Source: Planctomycetaceae bacterium (GTDB taxonomy: Bacteria; Planctomycetota; Planctomycetia; Planctomycetales; Planctomycetaceae). From it: a stretch of 64,000 nucleotides of DNA. The notes beneath the pieces are model-generated. The model did not search any database. It was not told where the DNA came from and saw only the letters and a program-made list of their open reading frames with translations. The stretch spans positions 51,352 through 115,351 of the forward strand of contig JAKFUG010000017.1 of assembly GCA_021732785.1 (NCBI GenBank), in the 5' to 3' direction. A program made the translations under genes and the position numbers. Every line of letters starts with the position of its first letter. Position 1 is the first letter of the stretch. Below are positions 29,667-40,617 of the stretch, one piece after another.

Positions 29667-30695
29667 TCATCCCTGTTGCTGCCCCAGGATGTAGAGCACA
29701 TACAACGCTGCCAGAATGAGGGCGATGACCAGAATGGCGTCGGGATCGATCACGCGTTGGCGTTTCGTTTCGCCATAGAGTTGACCGATGACGGCGACCG
29801 AAGTGACGATGACCGCCGCCGCCCCCGTGACGATGTGATCGGGTGAGACCGATGCCAGCAGGCTCCCGGGGTAGAGTGCATCGAGCGGCAAAAGCAGCAG
29901 CATGTTGAACGCGTTGCTGCCGAAAATATTGCCCGCCGCGAGATCGAATGCGCCCATCCGCACGGCGACGATACTGGCGACCAGTTCCGGCAGCGATGTC
30001 GTGAGCGCCACCAATGTGGTACCGACGAATGTCCGCCCGAGTCCGGATTGATCGGCGATCACCCCGGCGCTGATCGAAAGTGACGGACCGACGAGGACGA
30101 TCACCCCGGCAGCCGCCACGAACCCGATGATCGCGGTCCTCAACGACATGGATGGGACAGCTTCGGCAGCCAATGGAGTGGGCGTCTCGTGATGGTCCTG
30201 TCTCGCAAGTTGCTGATCGCGAAAGATCAACCGCACTCCGAACAGATAGGCGATGCCCACGAGCCACAACGTCGGCGCGATTCCCCCCAATGTGATGCCC
30301 CCCAGTCGTGACCCGGCGGCGATGCCGAAGATGACGAGGCTGGTGGTGAGAATCCCCGCCATCGCGCTCAGAGCATGCCCCATGGATTCGCGACTGAAAG
30401 CTCGGCGGGCGGAATGATAGATCCAGTCGAGACTGGCAAGGATCAGCAGATTCATCAGCGAACTGCCGAACAGATCGCCGACGGCAAGATCGGGCATATT
30501 GTTGCGGATCGCGGTGATATCGACCACGAGTTCCGGCAGCGATGTCGCCCCGGCGATGAGAATGCTCCCGACCAGCAAGCGGCCGAACCCGGTCAATTCC
30601 GCAATCGCATCCCCGCACCACGCCAAGGCCGTTCCCGCCGCGACAATGATCAGCGAGCAAACGGCAAACGTGATCAGGGCAGTCGTCAGTGTCAT
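29667..30695 (-). CDS. Ca2+/Na+ antiporter, CaCA family (YrbG-like)
   Basis: Two alpha-repeat motifs, GATSLPEL and GNIFGSNAFN, and about 10 TM helices. Confidence 0.85.
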   Translation of the reverse strand: MTLTTALITFAVCSLIIVAAGTALAWCGDAIAELTGFGRLLVGSILIAGATSLPELVVDITAIRNNMPDLAVGDLFGSSLMNLLILASLDWIYHSARRAFSRESMGHALSAMAGILTTSLVIFGIAAGSRLGGITLGGIAPTLWLVGIAYLFGVRLIFRDQQLARQDHHETPTPLAAEAVPSMSLRTAIIGFVAAAGVIVLVGPSLSISAGVIADQSGLGRTFVGTTLVALTTSLPELVASIVAVRMGAFDLAAGNIFGSNAFNMLLLLPLDALYPGSLLASVSPDHIVTGAAAVIVTSVAVIGQLYGETKRQRVIDPDAILVIALILAALYVLYILGQQQG

Positions 30696-30866
30696 GCGGG
30701 ATCACCCACTTTCAGCAGGAGTTTTGCGTCACTTCTCGAACGAGTGGCGACAGATGGCGGTTCACGGGAATCGAGCATAGCCCGCCTCGATTCCCGCGAG
30801 TGCTGTGGAGACCAGCATCCTCCGCAGCACCCGCGAATCGAATCATCACTCATTGACCCGCGATCA

Positions 30867-33209
30867 TCAATTCACACTCGCCGTGTTGACGGGTTCATGC
30901 AACATCGCCGAGGCATCGCGCGTGAGCTGCTGCGTAAGGTCGTCGAACTCTGCGGGTTCTATCGGGCCGTTTGGTGTGAAGCCGGATTTTTCGGCGACGA
31001 GCAGGCCGAGTAATGTGCCGAGCAATCCTTGACCGCCGAGTGCATTCGTATCGCCACCGTTTCCGTTCGTCATGAACAATCGCTGTGGGACGAGCGGCTG
31101 CGTGGCGTGGGCGAGTTCCTTCGAGGCGAACGCCAGCGCGAACAACCGTGGGTCGCCGTAGGACGCGATTTTCTTCTGCAACACCGCGGCTTCCGCAAGG
31201 CCCTCTTGCAGAATCCGCAGCGCTTCCCCGCGGCCGGTGAGTTTGTTGCGCTGGCTTTCCGCTTCCGCAAGCAAACCGACTTGCTCCGCATGGCGGCGAG
31301 CACGGGCGACTTCGGCGTCGCCTTCACACTCGGCCATCTGAATCTGCAACCGCGTTGCCGCGAGATCGGTCTGCGCCTGCATGATCTTCCGATCGTTCTG
31401 CCGCTTGGCGATTGCCAGTTCCGCGTCGCCGTTGCTTTCGGCGATCTGCACTTTCAGCCGCGCGTTGGTCATCTCCGTCTGCATCGCCGCCTGGGCTTTC
31501 GCTTCGTTGAGGACCCTCAACTTGTCGTTCGCCGTGCATTGATGTTCGTAGGTTTCCACTTGTTCGATCGACAATTGCCGCAGACGGAGTTGTTCGAGCA
31601 GCGATTCAATCTTCCCGTCGGCTTCCGCGGTGTCGGGCTTGCCGATGAGAACATCGACGCATTCAATGTCGAACTCGTGGAACCGCCGACGTAATTCGGC
31701 CTGGGCTTCGCGCTGGATCACATCGCGGTCGTGCAACAGTTCGAGCATCGTCTTGCGGTGCGCGATGTCCCGGAAATATGCGGACAGCAGCGGATCGAGT
31801 GTTTGCGTGATCAACTTCTTCACGTCACCGAAGCGCTGGATCACGCTCGGCGCGCGTTGATAATCGATATGCACCACCACCGACAACGGCAGCGACGGTT
31901 CGTACGCATCGCGCGTGACGAGATCGATGGACCGCAGGTTTTCATCGTACCGATGCGTCTCCGTCCGGCCGGTGATCCAGTGCAACACGAAGTTCGTCGT
32001 CGGCACGAGGACAATGTTCCCCGCGTACACATTGAAGGCGTACTTGCCGGGTCCGAGTGGTTGCTTCCACACGCCCCGTTCCCCTTCGGCGACTTGCTCG
32101 CCGTGACGGAACGCATCGCCGGACAAATCGCGACCGGTGCGACCGTAGTAACTCACCACGACGCCGACATGACCGATAGGCACGACCGTCTTCGGGACCA
32201 TTTCCACCGAGGCAAACCAGCGGTTGATAAAGTACGTGCCGTCGGTGAGCGCCTGGTATTGCCGACCGCGACGACCACCAGCGTGCAGGAACGCTTCGGG
32301 GTCCTGAAAGTTATTGTGATCGGTCCCGAGAGCGGCGTCACCACCGACGGGCGGGGCGATCAGTTCCCCCGCCAGCAACGACGGGCCGTCCTGCACCGTG
32401 ACGATGCCGATGGTGTCATCGACTTCATCCCCGGTAGCAGCCGTCCCGGCACGACCGCCGACGACGACCGGTTGGAAACCGTTCACCACTTGCAATTCCG
32501 CTTGCCATTGCTTGACGGCGGTCCGTTCCTGCGGTTCCTGCACTTGTGACAGCGCAAACACATGCCCCGTCGTGATGACCACGAACAATGCCGGGTTCAC
32601 GGCATACACGCCTTCACGCAAGATGGCCCGTTGCCGCCCGCGTTGACCGCGTGGATGTTCCGGTCCCGGTTCGAGGAACAGCGCGGCGTCCTGGAAGTTG
32701 TTGCTCGGGACGATACGGCCGAGCGTTTGACTGGGCGACAACGATTCGCCATCGCGAGCATAGACGTAACCAATCTCACCCTGCGGAATGGTCACCAGCC
32801 GGGCTTTGTGAATGCGGTATTGCCAGCGGTAATAGCCGAAGTGCAGGCCGCCGCGCACCAGCCGGGCCTGATAACCGGCCTCGCCATTCAATGCGACGAT
32901 GCGTCCTTCGGCGAGGGAGCCGCGACCCGACCAGAGTTTCTCCACGACGCCCACGCGGTTATGGGGAATGTACCGCATGCAGAGCCACCAGAGAAACAGG
33001 AGTGCGGGGACGCCGATGGCGAGGAGCATCCACACGCTGGCGTGCAGGAACCAGTGGCCCACGTCGGTCAGGTTCAGTCCGTCAAACAGGATTTCAGTGA
33101 TTTTTTCCAAGATCGATCCGACGACGATTTTCATCGTCAGCCCTTCCTGCGAGCGCAACGCGGCTCGCGGCGCGGAGGCGGTCTCATTCATGGGGGATGG
33201 CCATCTCAC
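30867..33209 (-). CDS. Flotillin-like SPFH/band-7 protein with two SPFH-like domains and long coiled coil
   Basis: 780 aa with an N-terminal TM segment, SPFH motifs (RVGVVEKLWSG) and an extended E/A/Q/R-rich flotillin-type coiled coil. Confidence 0.7.
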   Translation of the reverse strand: MRWPSPMNETASAPRAALRSQEGLTMKIVVGSILEKITEILFDGLNLTDVGHWFLHASVWMLLAIGVPALLFLWWLCMRYIPHNRVGVVEKLWSGRGSLAEGRIVALNGEAGYQARLVRGGLHFGYYRWQYRIHKARLVTIPQGEIGYVYARDGESLSPSQTLGRIVPSNNFQDAALFLEPGPEHPRGQRGRQRAILREGVYAVNPALFVVITTGHVFALSQVQEPQERTAVKQWQAELQVVNGFQPVVVGGRAGTAATGDEVDDTIGIVTVQDGPSLLAGELIAPPVGGDAALGTDHNNFQDPEAFLHAGGRRGRQYQALTDGTYFINRWFASVEMVPKTVVPIGHVGVVVSYYGRTGRDLSGDAFRHGEQVAEGERGVWKQPLGPGKYAFNVYAGNIVLVPTTNFVLHWITGRTETHRYDENLRSIDLVTRDAYEPSLPLSVVVHIDYQRAPSVIQRFGDVKKLITQTLDPLLSAYFRDIAHRKTMLELLHDRDVIQREAQAELRRRFHEFDIECVDVLIGKPDTAEADGKIESLLEQLRLRQLSIEQVETYEHQCTANDKLRVLNEAKAQAAMQTEMTNARLKVQIAESNGDAELAIAKRQNDRKIMQAQTDLAATRLQIQMAECEGDAEVARARRHAEQVGLLAEAESQRNKLTGRGEALRILQEGLAEAAVLQKKIASYGDPRLFALAFASKELAHATQPLVPQRLFMTNGNGGDTNALGGQGLLGTLLGLLVAEKSGFTPNGPIEPAEFDDLTQQLTRDASAMLHEPVNTASVN

Positions 33210-33744
33210 TGTGCTTGCGCTTAGCGGACACTAGTCGCGTGCTAAGCGCAAGCAGTCATAAGACGAGAGAAATCAGGAGAGCGGTGGGCTCAATCCTTCA
33301 CGAAGAGTCTGCCCATTCAAAACGTGGTCGAGAGCACACGTCTCAACCGGCCTGCGAGGTTAGCTGACGGGCTAGAGCTTGAATGTGCTCCGGTGAACTC
33401 GGGCATCGCCGTTGTCCCACCTGCGCCCCATGCGGCTCGTCGTGAAGACGTTCCGCGTTGGTTCCCCCGCTCTCGTGTCCTGCCACGAGACTCGGCTGCA
33501 TCCCTGACATTATGGCAAGTTGCAACTTCAGACAGAAAAGATGCGAACGGCATGCCGGACAATGCAGATTGCCCGAAGATCTTGTTGCCGAATTACTTAT
33601 GGCTGGCATATTCCGGACGTTGCGATGTGTCGAGACAGTTGGTTTTCAGGAAATAGCTTCCGTGCACTGATTGCGCGGCTGTGGGCTGGTGATGTGGGGT
33701 TGAATTTATCCCATCCAATGGTATGATTTGGCTGTGTCGTCCCC

Positions 33745-34188
33745 GTGGCGTGGGTCGATAAGCATGATGCTGGGAAAGCCCTGATGAAGACCCGAGGCCG
33801 ACTGGTGTACCCAGGACATCATTTCAAACCTGAGGATTGGTTGGGGTTCATTGAGTTGAAGCCATTCACTCGGCTATGGGAGAAATTGGAGCTGACTGAC
33901 ATGGATCTCCAGCTTGTGCAGATGGCAATCATCTGTGAGCCGAAGGCGTGTCCGGTGATCCCCGCAACAAACGGCGTCAGGAAACTTCGATTTCAGAGAT
34001 ATGGGTCTTCACGCGGGAAGAGTGGTGGAATGCGTCTCTGTTACGCGTATTTTGAGGAACACAAGAAAGTGATTCTTATGCTTGTCTACCCCAAGAGCAT
34101 AAAGGAAGACATCACCGTTGAGGATAAGCGGAATCTACGGAGTGCAATGGAGCGGATCGAGAAGGAACTCGAATCACCTGCATCCTGA
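33745..34188 (+). CDS. Type II toxin, RelE/ParE superfamily (HigB/Gp49-like)
   Basis: 147 aa. Sits upstream of an HTH antitoxin, the toxin-first order typical of higBA. The region is AT-richer than its flanks. Confidence 0.5.
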   Translation: MAWVDKHDAGKALMKTRGRLVYPGHHFKPEDWLGFIELKPFTRLWEKLELTDMDLQLVQMAIICEPKACPVIPATNGVRKLRFQRYGSSRGKSGGMRLCYAYFEEHKKVILMLVYPKSIKEDITVEDKRNLRSAMERIEKELESPAS

Positions 34189-34236
34189 TCTTTCTTCAAG
34201 GGAATACAGGATCGGGTACCAGCCAGGAAAGTCACA

Positions 34237-34644
34237 GTGACCATGAAGAAAAAAACGATCTCAACGACTGACGATCTGTTTGAAGGGAAGACGTTCGGCG
34301 AGTTGCTTGTCGAAGGGGCGGAAGAATTCGCGGAGGCATTGGAGCAAGACAAGAAGTCGATTCCGAAAGAATTTACTTGTCACACGATGTCGCTCGACTT
34401 GGAACCGACCTTTTACACACCCGAAATGGTCAAGGGCACTCGCAAGAAACTGGGGGCATCCCAAGCCGTGTTTGCGCGTTTCCTAGGGGTGTCCATCAAG
34501 ACCGTTCAGGCGTGGGAACAAGGCAAGAATCGCCCGCAAGATTCTGCATGCCGGTTCATGGACGAAATCCAGGCCAAGCCGGATTATTTCAAGGAACGAT
34601 TGTCAGCGATGGCGACACAGAAACGTGTCGTTTCCGGGATGTAA
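34237..34644 (+). CDS. HTH XRE-family antitoxin (HigA/MqsA-C-terminal-like)
   Basis: HTH region LGASQAVFARFLGVSIKTVQAWEQGKNRP. Confidence 0.6.
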   Translation: MTMKKKTISTTDDLFEGKTFGELLVEGAEEFAEALEQDKKSIPKEFTCHTMSLDLEPTFYTPEMVKGTRKKLGASQAVFARFLGVSIKTVQAWEQGKNRPQDSACRFMDEIQAKPDYFKERLSAMATQKRVVSGM

Positions 34645-34667
34645 CAAATTACACATGGAGAAAATGG

Positions 34668-34720
34668 AAACCTCCCGCGATCAATTGACCGCGGGAGGTC
34701 ACACTTTCCAATTTTTTCTC
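34668..34720 (+). terminator. Intrinsic terminator after TA operon
   Basis: Stem CCTCCCGCG / CGCGGGAGG followed by TCACACTTTCCAATTTTTTCTC. Confidence 0.6.
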
Positions 34721-34798
34721 GCCCTATCGCTTTTCAGAGTGAGCCTCAAGAGGCGTCATTACTCTGTATATGTTGCTTTAACGAGCATCTGTCGAGCA

Positions 34799-37023
34799 TC
34801 ATGCACTGCGGGCCAGCGGCAATGTGGAAACGGTCGGCAGCGGTACGGTTGCCGACGTGTGACCGTAGTGAGTGACATTGCCTGTGGGCGCATTCGCGAC
34901 GAGATCGAACGTGGCTTGCGTCACTTCCACGAGTTCGTTGAACGGAATCGGTGACGGGCCGCCGGTCTTGATGGCTTCGACGAAAGCGGCAGTTTCGGCG
35001 CGATGGCCTTTGTCCTGCTTCCACAGGCCCATCTTCTTGAAGCCGGGCCAGCCGAAGCCGCGAAGCTTAAGGAAGTTGTCGAGCTGCAACACGCGACCGG
35101 CACAGAAGACTTCCAACCGTTCCTTGCTGAAGCTGCGGTGGCCGTTGCCGAGGTAATGAATCGTGCCGAAGCTGCCGTCGGCGAAACGGAGCGTGCAGAC
35201 GAGCTTGTCGTCGGCGATGCTGACCGAAGCGTTCTCACCCATTTGCAGCGACTGAGCATCAACGATCGGTTGCCCGGCGAGATACCGCAGGAGATCGACA
35301 AAGTGGCACCCCTCGCCGATCATGCGCCCGCCGCCGACTTCCGGGTTGTGCGTCCAATGGTCCGCGGGCAGCAATCCCGCGTTCACGGTCATCACGAAAC
35401 TCTTCGGTTCTGCGACGCCCTTCAAGAGTTTCGCCATCTGCTGCACCTGCGGGGCGAAGCGGCGGTTAAACCCGACCATCACCTTGCACTGCGGCGACGC
35501 AGCTTGAGCGGCGATCACGCGGTCCAACTCTGCGCGAGTGAGACACAACGGCTTTTCGACAAACACATGCTTCCCGGCAGCGAGCGCCCGGCAAACGTAG
35601 TCCGCGTGGGAATCGTGCCGGGTGGCGATGATCACCGTGTTGATTTCGGGGTCTTCAAAGACTGTCTTGAGATCGGTCGTCGCTTGTTCGATCCCAAAAC
35701 GCTTGGCGGCATGGACTGCCGAAACGCCGCCGCGGCTGGCGACCGACTTGAACCGTACGCCGGCTTTCTGGAACGCGGGCAACAGCACGTGGCTGGCGAA
35801 CCCGCCCGCGCCGATGACACCGACCACGACGTTCGAGGTCGCGGGGGCGGTCTTCTTATCAACCGCGAAGGGAACGCGCACAGTAATCTTACGCAGTGAT
35901 GCCGCCTGTGCGGGCGTGTCTTCCGGCGCGAGCAGCAATACGCCGAGTGATGGTTCTTTCCCGCCGACGACATCATACGCATCCGACGCCTGACAGATCG
36001 GGAAGCGATGCGTGATGAGTGGCGAGACATCGAGCTGGCGTTGAGCGATCAGATCGAGCACCGCGGTGAAATTGCGTTGTTCAGTCCACCGGACGAACGG
36101 CAGCGGATAATCGCGGCCCTGGTCTTCGTACTCAGCGTCATACCGTCCCGGTCCATAAGAGCACGAGACTTGGAACGAGAGTTCTTTGCGATAGAAATCG
36201 TCGCGCGACAGGTTCAATCCAGCCACACCAACCAATACGATTCGACCACGTTTACGGCTGACGAGTGCGGCTTGATGCACCGGTTCGTGGCTGCCCGTCG
36301 CCGCGGTGATCAGCACGCCATCCATGCCCGCGCCGCGTGAGAAAATCTGGGCGCGACCGATAAGGTCTTCCTGTCCGAGATGAACCGTTTCCGCCCCCAT
36401 CTGCTGCGCGAGTTTCAGTCGTGCTGGATTGAAGTCCGCGCCAAGAACGCGCGCCCCGTTGGCCCGCAGCAATTGCACCGCGAGCAGACCAATCAACCCG
36501 AGCCCGGAGACGAGGAAACACTCCCCCAGCGTCGGTGCGGCGAGTCGAATCCCCTGCAGCGCAATTGACGCGAGCACGCCGAACACCGCTTGATCGTCGG
36601 CCACACCCTCGGGAATCTTCGCACACAAATTCTGCGGGACCGACACCATCTCGGCGTGATGCCCGTTGGAAAGCACGCGGTCGCCGACTTCAAAACCGGT
36701 CACGCCGGCTCCAACGGCGACCACGGTCCCGACGTTGCAGTAGCCGAGTTCAATGGCTTCATCAAGTTTCGTGAACACCGATTCCAGCGTCGAAACGACG
36801 CCGTCGGTCTTCATTTTTTCGAGGACCATGCGGACCTGATCGGGGCGCTGGCGGGCTTTGCCGATGAGGCTCGCCTTGGCGAAGTCGGTCACCATCCGTT
36901 CGGTGCCCGCGGAGATGAGCGTGACGCGGGTCTGAATCAGCAGCCAGCCGGGGCGAACCTGGGGACAGGGAACTTCGACCACTTGTGTCTTGCCGGCGCG
37001 CAATGATTGCAGAACTTGATGCA
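34799..37023 (-). CDS. Bi-domain oxidoreductase: N-terminal zinc-type alcohol dehydrogenase (MDR) fused to C-terminal Gfo/Idh/MocA NAD-binding dehydrogenase
   Basis: MDR region LISAGTERM...GYCNVGTVVAVG. Gfo/Idh/MocA region VVGVIGAGGFASHVLLPAF...VFVEKP. Probable GTG start (MHQVLQSLRAG) preceded by GGGGGGA. Confidence 0.8.
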
Positions 37024-37606
37024 CGTTCCATCCCCCCGACTGATCCGGTCCTTCGGTCAACGAGGGTCCGGTGACGCACCCTCCCGTAGCGCGGAACGTA
37101 TTGAAATCGGGCAAACGCCGCAAGAGGGATCTGTGGCATGGCATTGGTGAGCCATTCCATGAGCCGCGCGGTGCTCGCTCGCGGTGAAGCGTCCGCGAGC
37201 GCATTCGGGCTCGTTACGCGAGGGGAACGAGCCCGACCCGCCGGCGCTCGATCGGTGCAATCGTGACGGGACAAACCGTTTGCGAACTCCGCGCGAAACA
37301 CGAAGATCAGAACGTCTGATCTCAACCCGGCTACGACGAGGCGTTCGATATTAACAAACCCCATTTCGGCTTCAAAATGCCTGCGCGGCCGGAAGTGAAA
37401 TAATGGCCAGCATGCTTAAGGATATGGATGGCTCCGGTTGACCGTACTCGGTCTACCGGAGTCGCATCGCGACAACAAGAGGTTCATGACAATCGACCAC
37501 CAAACGTCTCACATCCTGCGACTGAGCCACCCTGATTGGAGAGCACGCCAATCGGGGCCACCCGTGTCTGAACTTTTACTGCCTGGACCTTCACCGACAC
37601 CAGAAA

Positions 37607-39244
37607 TCACGGCAACAGGGGACCGAACACCGGCGCGTCCTTCGCCCAGTCGAACAGTTGATCGCGCAGGGCGACTGCCGTCTCTTCGTACGAGCCTGCT
37701 TCGCGCCCACCCGCCAGGCTGGTGCTGCCGACATAAGTTCCCCACTTGTCGGCAGTGGAAACCGCATACATGGCATTGAACCACAGCCGCCCGGAATTGC
37801 TGGGATCGACGGCGATGCCGTTGTAATCACCCCACCGGATGCGGCCATTCGAGTTGACGGTGTAGGCACGTTGGCCTTCCCGCAGCAATCCCAGCGGTTG
37901 AATGTTGCCATTCAGGTCGATCTGCGTGTAGAGACTCCCGGGATATCGGGTGCTTCCCGAGAAATTGAAGATCGTCCCCAGATTGCCATTCCCCGAAACC
38001 GCGACCGCAGGGTAATAGTAGTAGAACGAAGGTGAGCCAATCGTCACATCCAGTGACTTTGTGAAGTTGCTGGTGTTGACTCCAATATATTGGGCAGCAC
38101 ACGGGAATGTGCCTCGCTGTGCGGTATGCGTTGTATAGAAGCGGTTGTTGCGATAGACCGCGTTCTGCAACCGGGCATCTCCGCTGTCCAGTCGCGCAGT
38201 CGAGTCCTTTTGCACGGCGGTTTGTGGCGCGGTCCAACTGTTGACGGCGATCGAACGGCGGTTCATCACCCGCGTGGAAACCGCGATGTCGAAGAACGTG
38301 ATCGAACTGCCTGAACCGGACGAACAGGCGGCCAGATACTCGCTGCCGGGGGTGCCGAAAGTGATCGCCGGCTGGATCGTAAAGACCCGGTTGTTGCTGG
38401 CATCGCGGACGTCGGCGAACTCGAATCCTGACAGCGATTGTCCTGCATACGCGGCCGCTTTGGGATACAAGCGGATTTTGGCATACTGAAAGGCATTCGA
38501 GGAATTGAACTGGTTGGAGGTGATATAGAAGTATGTGTTGTCGAAGCCGAGTTTTTCGTAATCCGCCCAGAAACCCGTATCGGTGTTGGGAAAATCGATA
38601 TCATTTCGCAGATAATAGACCCACCAGTTGTTGCCATTCGTCGTCGGAATTCCCGTTTTGGAAACGGCCAGGATGTACCAGCCATCGGTTTTGGCGGAAT
38701 TGCGCGTGATGGTGAGAACGATGAATCGGCCGGAGAAATGGTCGTACGCGCAGACCGGATCGAAAACCGTGGTCCCTCCAGACGGAATACCAAAGATCGT
38801 CTGTAGCGTACCGGTCGATGCAATGCCCCCCAAGCGGTTGGAGACCCGCATCGTGCTGTTCACGACTTGCAACACATGATTGGGTCCGACGGCCAGATGG
38901 GGATCCGCCGGGCGAAAGCCCGTATCCCCAACCCCTTCAAATGTCGTGCCCGTCGCCGGGGCGTTACTACCGATACGCGACGGCGGGGCGAGCTGAATGC
39001 TGCCGGAATTATCGGTTGGGAGCGCGGAACGTTGGGTCATGCCGTCGGCCCATTCGGGCAAGGCTCCCACATCGAGATCCACTTCCCCCGAGCCGGAAGC
39101 CCGACGGGCTTCGACCGGAACAGGGTGGGCGGCTTCCGATGCGGCTTGCGGGAGTTGTTGGGCAAACGCTCCATCCGGTGCCTGACACAGTACGCCGAGC
39201 AGGAGCAGCCGTATTGATGAGGAAATCGTTGTGCTGCGATGCAT
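37607..39244 (-). CDS. Secreted hypothetical protein (545 aa, beta-rich)
   Basis: Signal peptide MHRSTTISSSIRLLLLGVLCQA. No family recognised. Confidence 0.45.
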   Translation of the reverse strand: MHRSTTISSSIRLLLLGVLCQAPDGAFAQQLPQAASEAAHPVPVEARRASGSGEVDLDVGALPEWADGMTQRSALPTDNSGSIQLAPPSRIGSNAPATGTTFEGVGDTGFRPADPHLAVGPNHVLQVVNSTMRVSNRLGGIASTGTLQTIFGIPSGGTTVFDPVCAYDHFSGRFIVLTITRNSAKTDGWYILAVSKTGIPTTNGNNWWVYYLRNDIDFPNTDTGFWADYEKLGFDNTYFYITSNQFNSSNAFQYAKIRLYPKAAAYAGQSLSGFEFADVRDASNNRVFTIQPAITFGTPGSEYLAACSSGSGSSITFFDIAVSTRVMNRRSIAVNSWTAPQTAVQKDSTARLDSGDARLQNAVYRNNRFYTTHTAQRGTFPCAAQYIGVNTSNFTKSLDVTIGSPSFYYYYPAVAVSGNGNLGTIFNFSGSTRYPGSLYTQIDLNGNIQPLGLLREGQRAYTVNSNGRIRWGDYNGIAVDPSNSGRLWFNAMYAVSTADKWGTYVGSTSLAGGREAGSYEETAVALRDQLFDWAKDAPVFGPLLP

Positions 39245-39640
39245 GAGCGGCCCTTTCTAAAATGCTACTTCAGTAACGACATGGAAACTGATGCGTCGTG
39301 ATCAACGGGAATGATGTCGATGCCACTCATCGTAATCCACGAAGCCTTCAGCGACCCTCACACTATCTCGCGGCATATGAAGCTTCAAGGAGGCGGCAAT
39401 CAGGTTATTGCCCATCGCACGGGTATAAATACCAAGGCGAATCGCGTTGGTGACCATCGCGTTGTTACGGCGGGAACGATTACGGTTGCAGGCGGGTCGT
39501 TCGCAAAGGAGCGCCGATGAGAATCCGCTCACGAAGAAACCCTTGCTCCGTGGACTCGAAGCCGACGCGGATTACAGTGACGTCGGTTGCGTTGAAACGC
39601 ACCTCTTTCACCTCATACCCAATCTGTCGAGCGTCGTAAT

Positions 39641-39765
39641 GCACCCTACTAACTTACCAGCGGTAGAGCGCCGTTCCCCAAGTCAACCCGGCGGGTGACT
39701 GGGGCGAAGTCTGCGCCGCCCCAGAAGCAGCGCGGTCATCTGGGTTGTCGACGACTCCAACCCAG
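39641..39765 (-). repeat. Repeat family 7 copy 1, includes a relic of the fabH 3' end
   Basis: The reverse complement encodes ...SPAGLTWGTALYRW* (compare the FabH C-terminus GFGAGLTWGTALYRW*). This is followed by a CTGGGGCGAAG..CGCCGCCCCAG hairpin and a GGGTTGTCGACGACTCCAACCC palindrome. Confidence 0.6.
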
Positions 39766-39778
39766 CCACTCGCGCATT

Positions 39779-40306
39779 TCACTTCGCGACGTTCGATGCC
39801 GGTGGTGGCGCGAGGGATGGTCCAGATGGGGGCGATGCCGCCAACGGGGTTTTCTTCAGGAACTTCTTGAGCGGAATGTCGTAGTATCTTGCTCCGGCCG
39901 TGGGCCCAGTCATTTGCGATCGACCATCCACCGTCATGGTGAAGATCCGAACCACAGCGCGGTCGGCGAATTCCTTTCCGACCTCCACCTGCCCGGTGAG
40001 ATTGCCGTCCTCGGTGGGCTTCATCGCGATGGGCGTCTTCACGAGATTCGTGCCCGTCTGATTCGGATTACTGAACGCCATCACGAAGACCGAATGAATG
40101 GGCTTGAGTTTCCCTTGATCTGCCAGCGTGAAGTGGACGGTCAGCATGTCGCCATGGGTGGCGTCCACTTCAACGTCGTACTTCAATCCCCACTCGTCTT
40201 TCGACGGACCCAGCGCATACCAGACCGCCCAGGTGCGGCTCGTCATCAGGACCACGGCGATGATGACGAGCAAACCTGCCGCGCGGGGCAAAATTCGAAA
40301 GACCAT
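39779..40306 (-). CDS. Hypothetical membrane-anchored protein
   Basis: 175 aa with an N-terminal TM and a Pro-rich C-terminus. Confidence 0.4.
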   Translation of the reverse strand: MVFRILPRAAGLLVIIAVVLMTSRTWAVWYALGPSKDEWGLKYDVEVDATHGDMLTVHFTLADQGKLKPIHSVFVMAFSNPNQTGTNLVKTPIAMKPTEDGNLTGQVEVGKEFADRAVVRIFTMTVDGRSQMTGPTAGARYYDIPLKKFLKKTPLAASPPSGPSLAPPPASNVAK

Positions 40307-40479
40307 GTCAGTGACACCTCATGAAGATCGCGGTCGCCGATTCACGTATCGGAAGGTCGGCTATACCCATCGCGCGACGCATTGAACCAGTCCACCTCGA
40401 TTCGAGCAATATCAATCGGAGTCGTGTAGGGCGGGCTCTGCCCGCCAGCTTGATGTACCGCGCGTGGTGGGGAGCGCGT

Positions 40480-40600
40480 CCTGCGAGAGTTACTTCCACG
40501 CCGCCGGTGTCCCCGGGCCGGGTGGCTGGGGCGAAGTTCTCGCCGCCCCAGAAATAACGCTGCCTCTGGGTTGTCGAAGACTCCAACCCAGCCACCCGCC
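40480..40600 (-). repeat. Repeat family 7 copy 2 (3' of lepB)
   Basis: About 85% identical to 39641-39765 over roughly 80-120 bp. Confidence 0.6.
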
Positions 40601-40617
40601 GTGGCGCTCAGCGGAAC

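Noticed and set aside
33317-33726. Several 70-110 aa ORFs in the 33.3-33.7 kb gap upstream of the TA module
   Set aside because: They overlap one another on both strands and have no RBS or family signal. The region is more likely a non-coding flank of the low-GC islet.
39641-40600. Integron cassette array (attC sites) interpretation of family 7 repeats
   Set aside because: There is no intI gene, and the core and inverse-core match is weak. I kept it only as a speculative remark within the finding.
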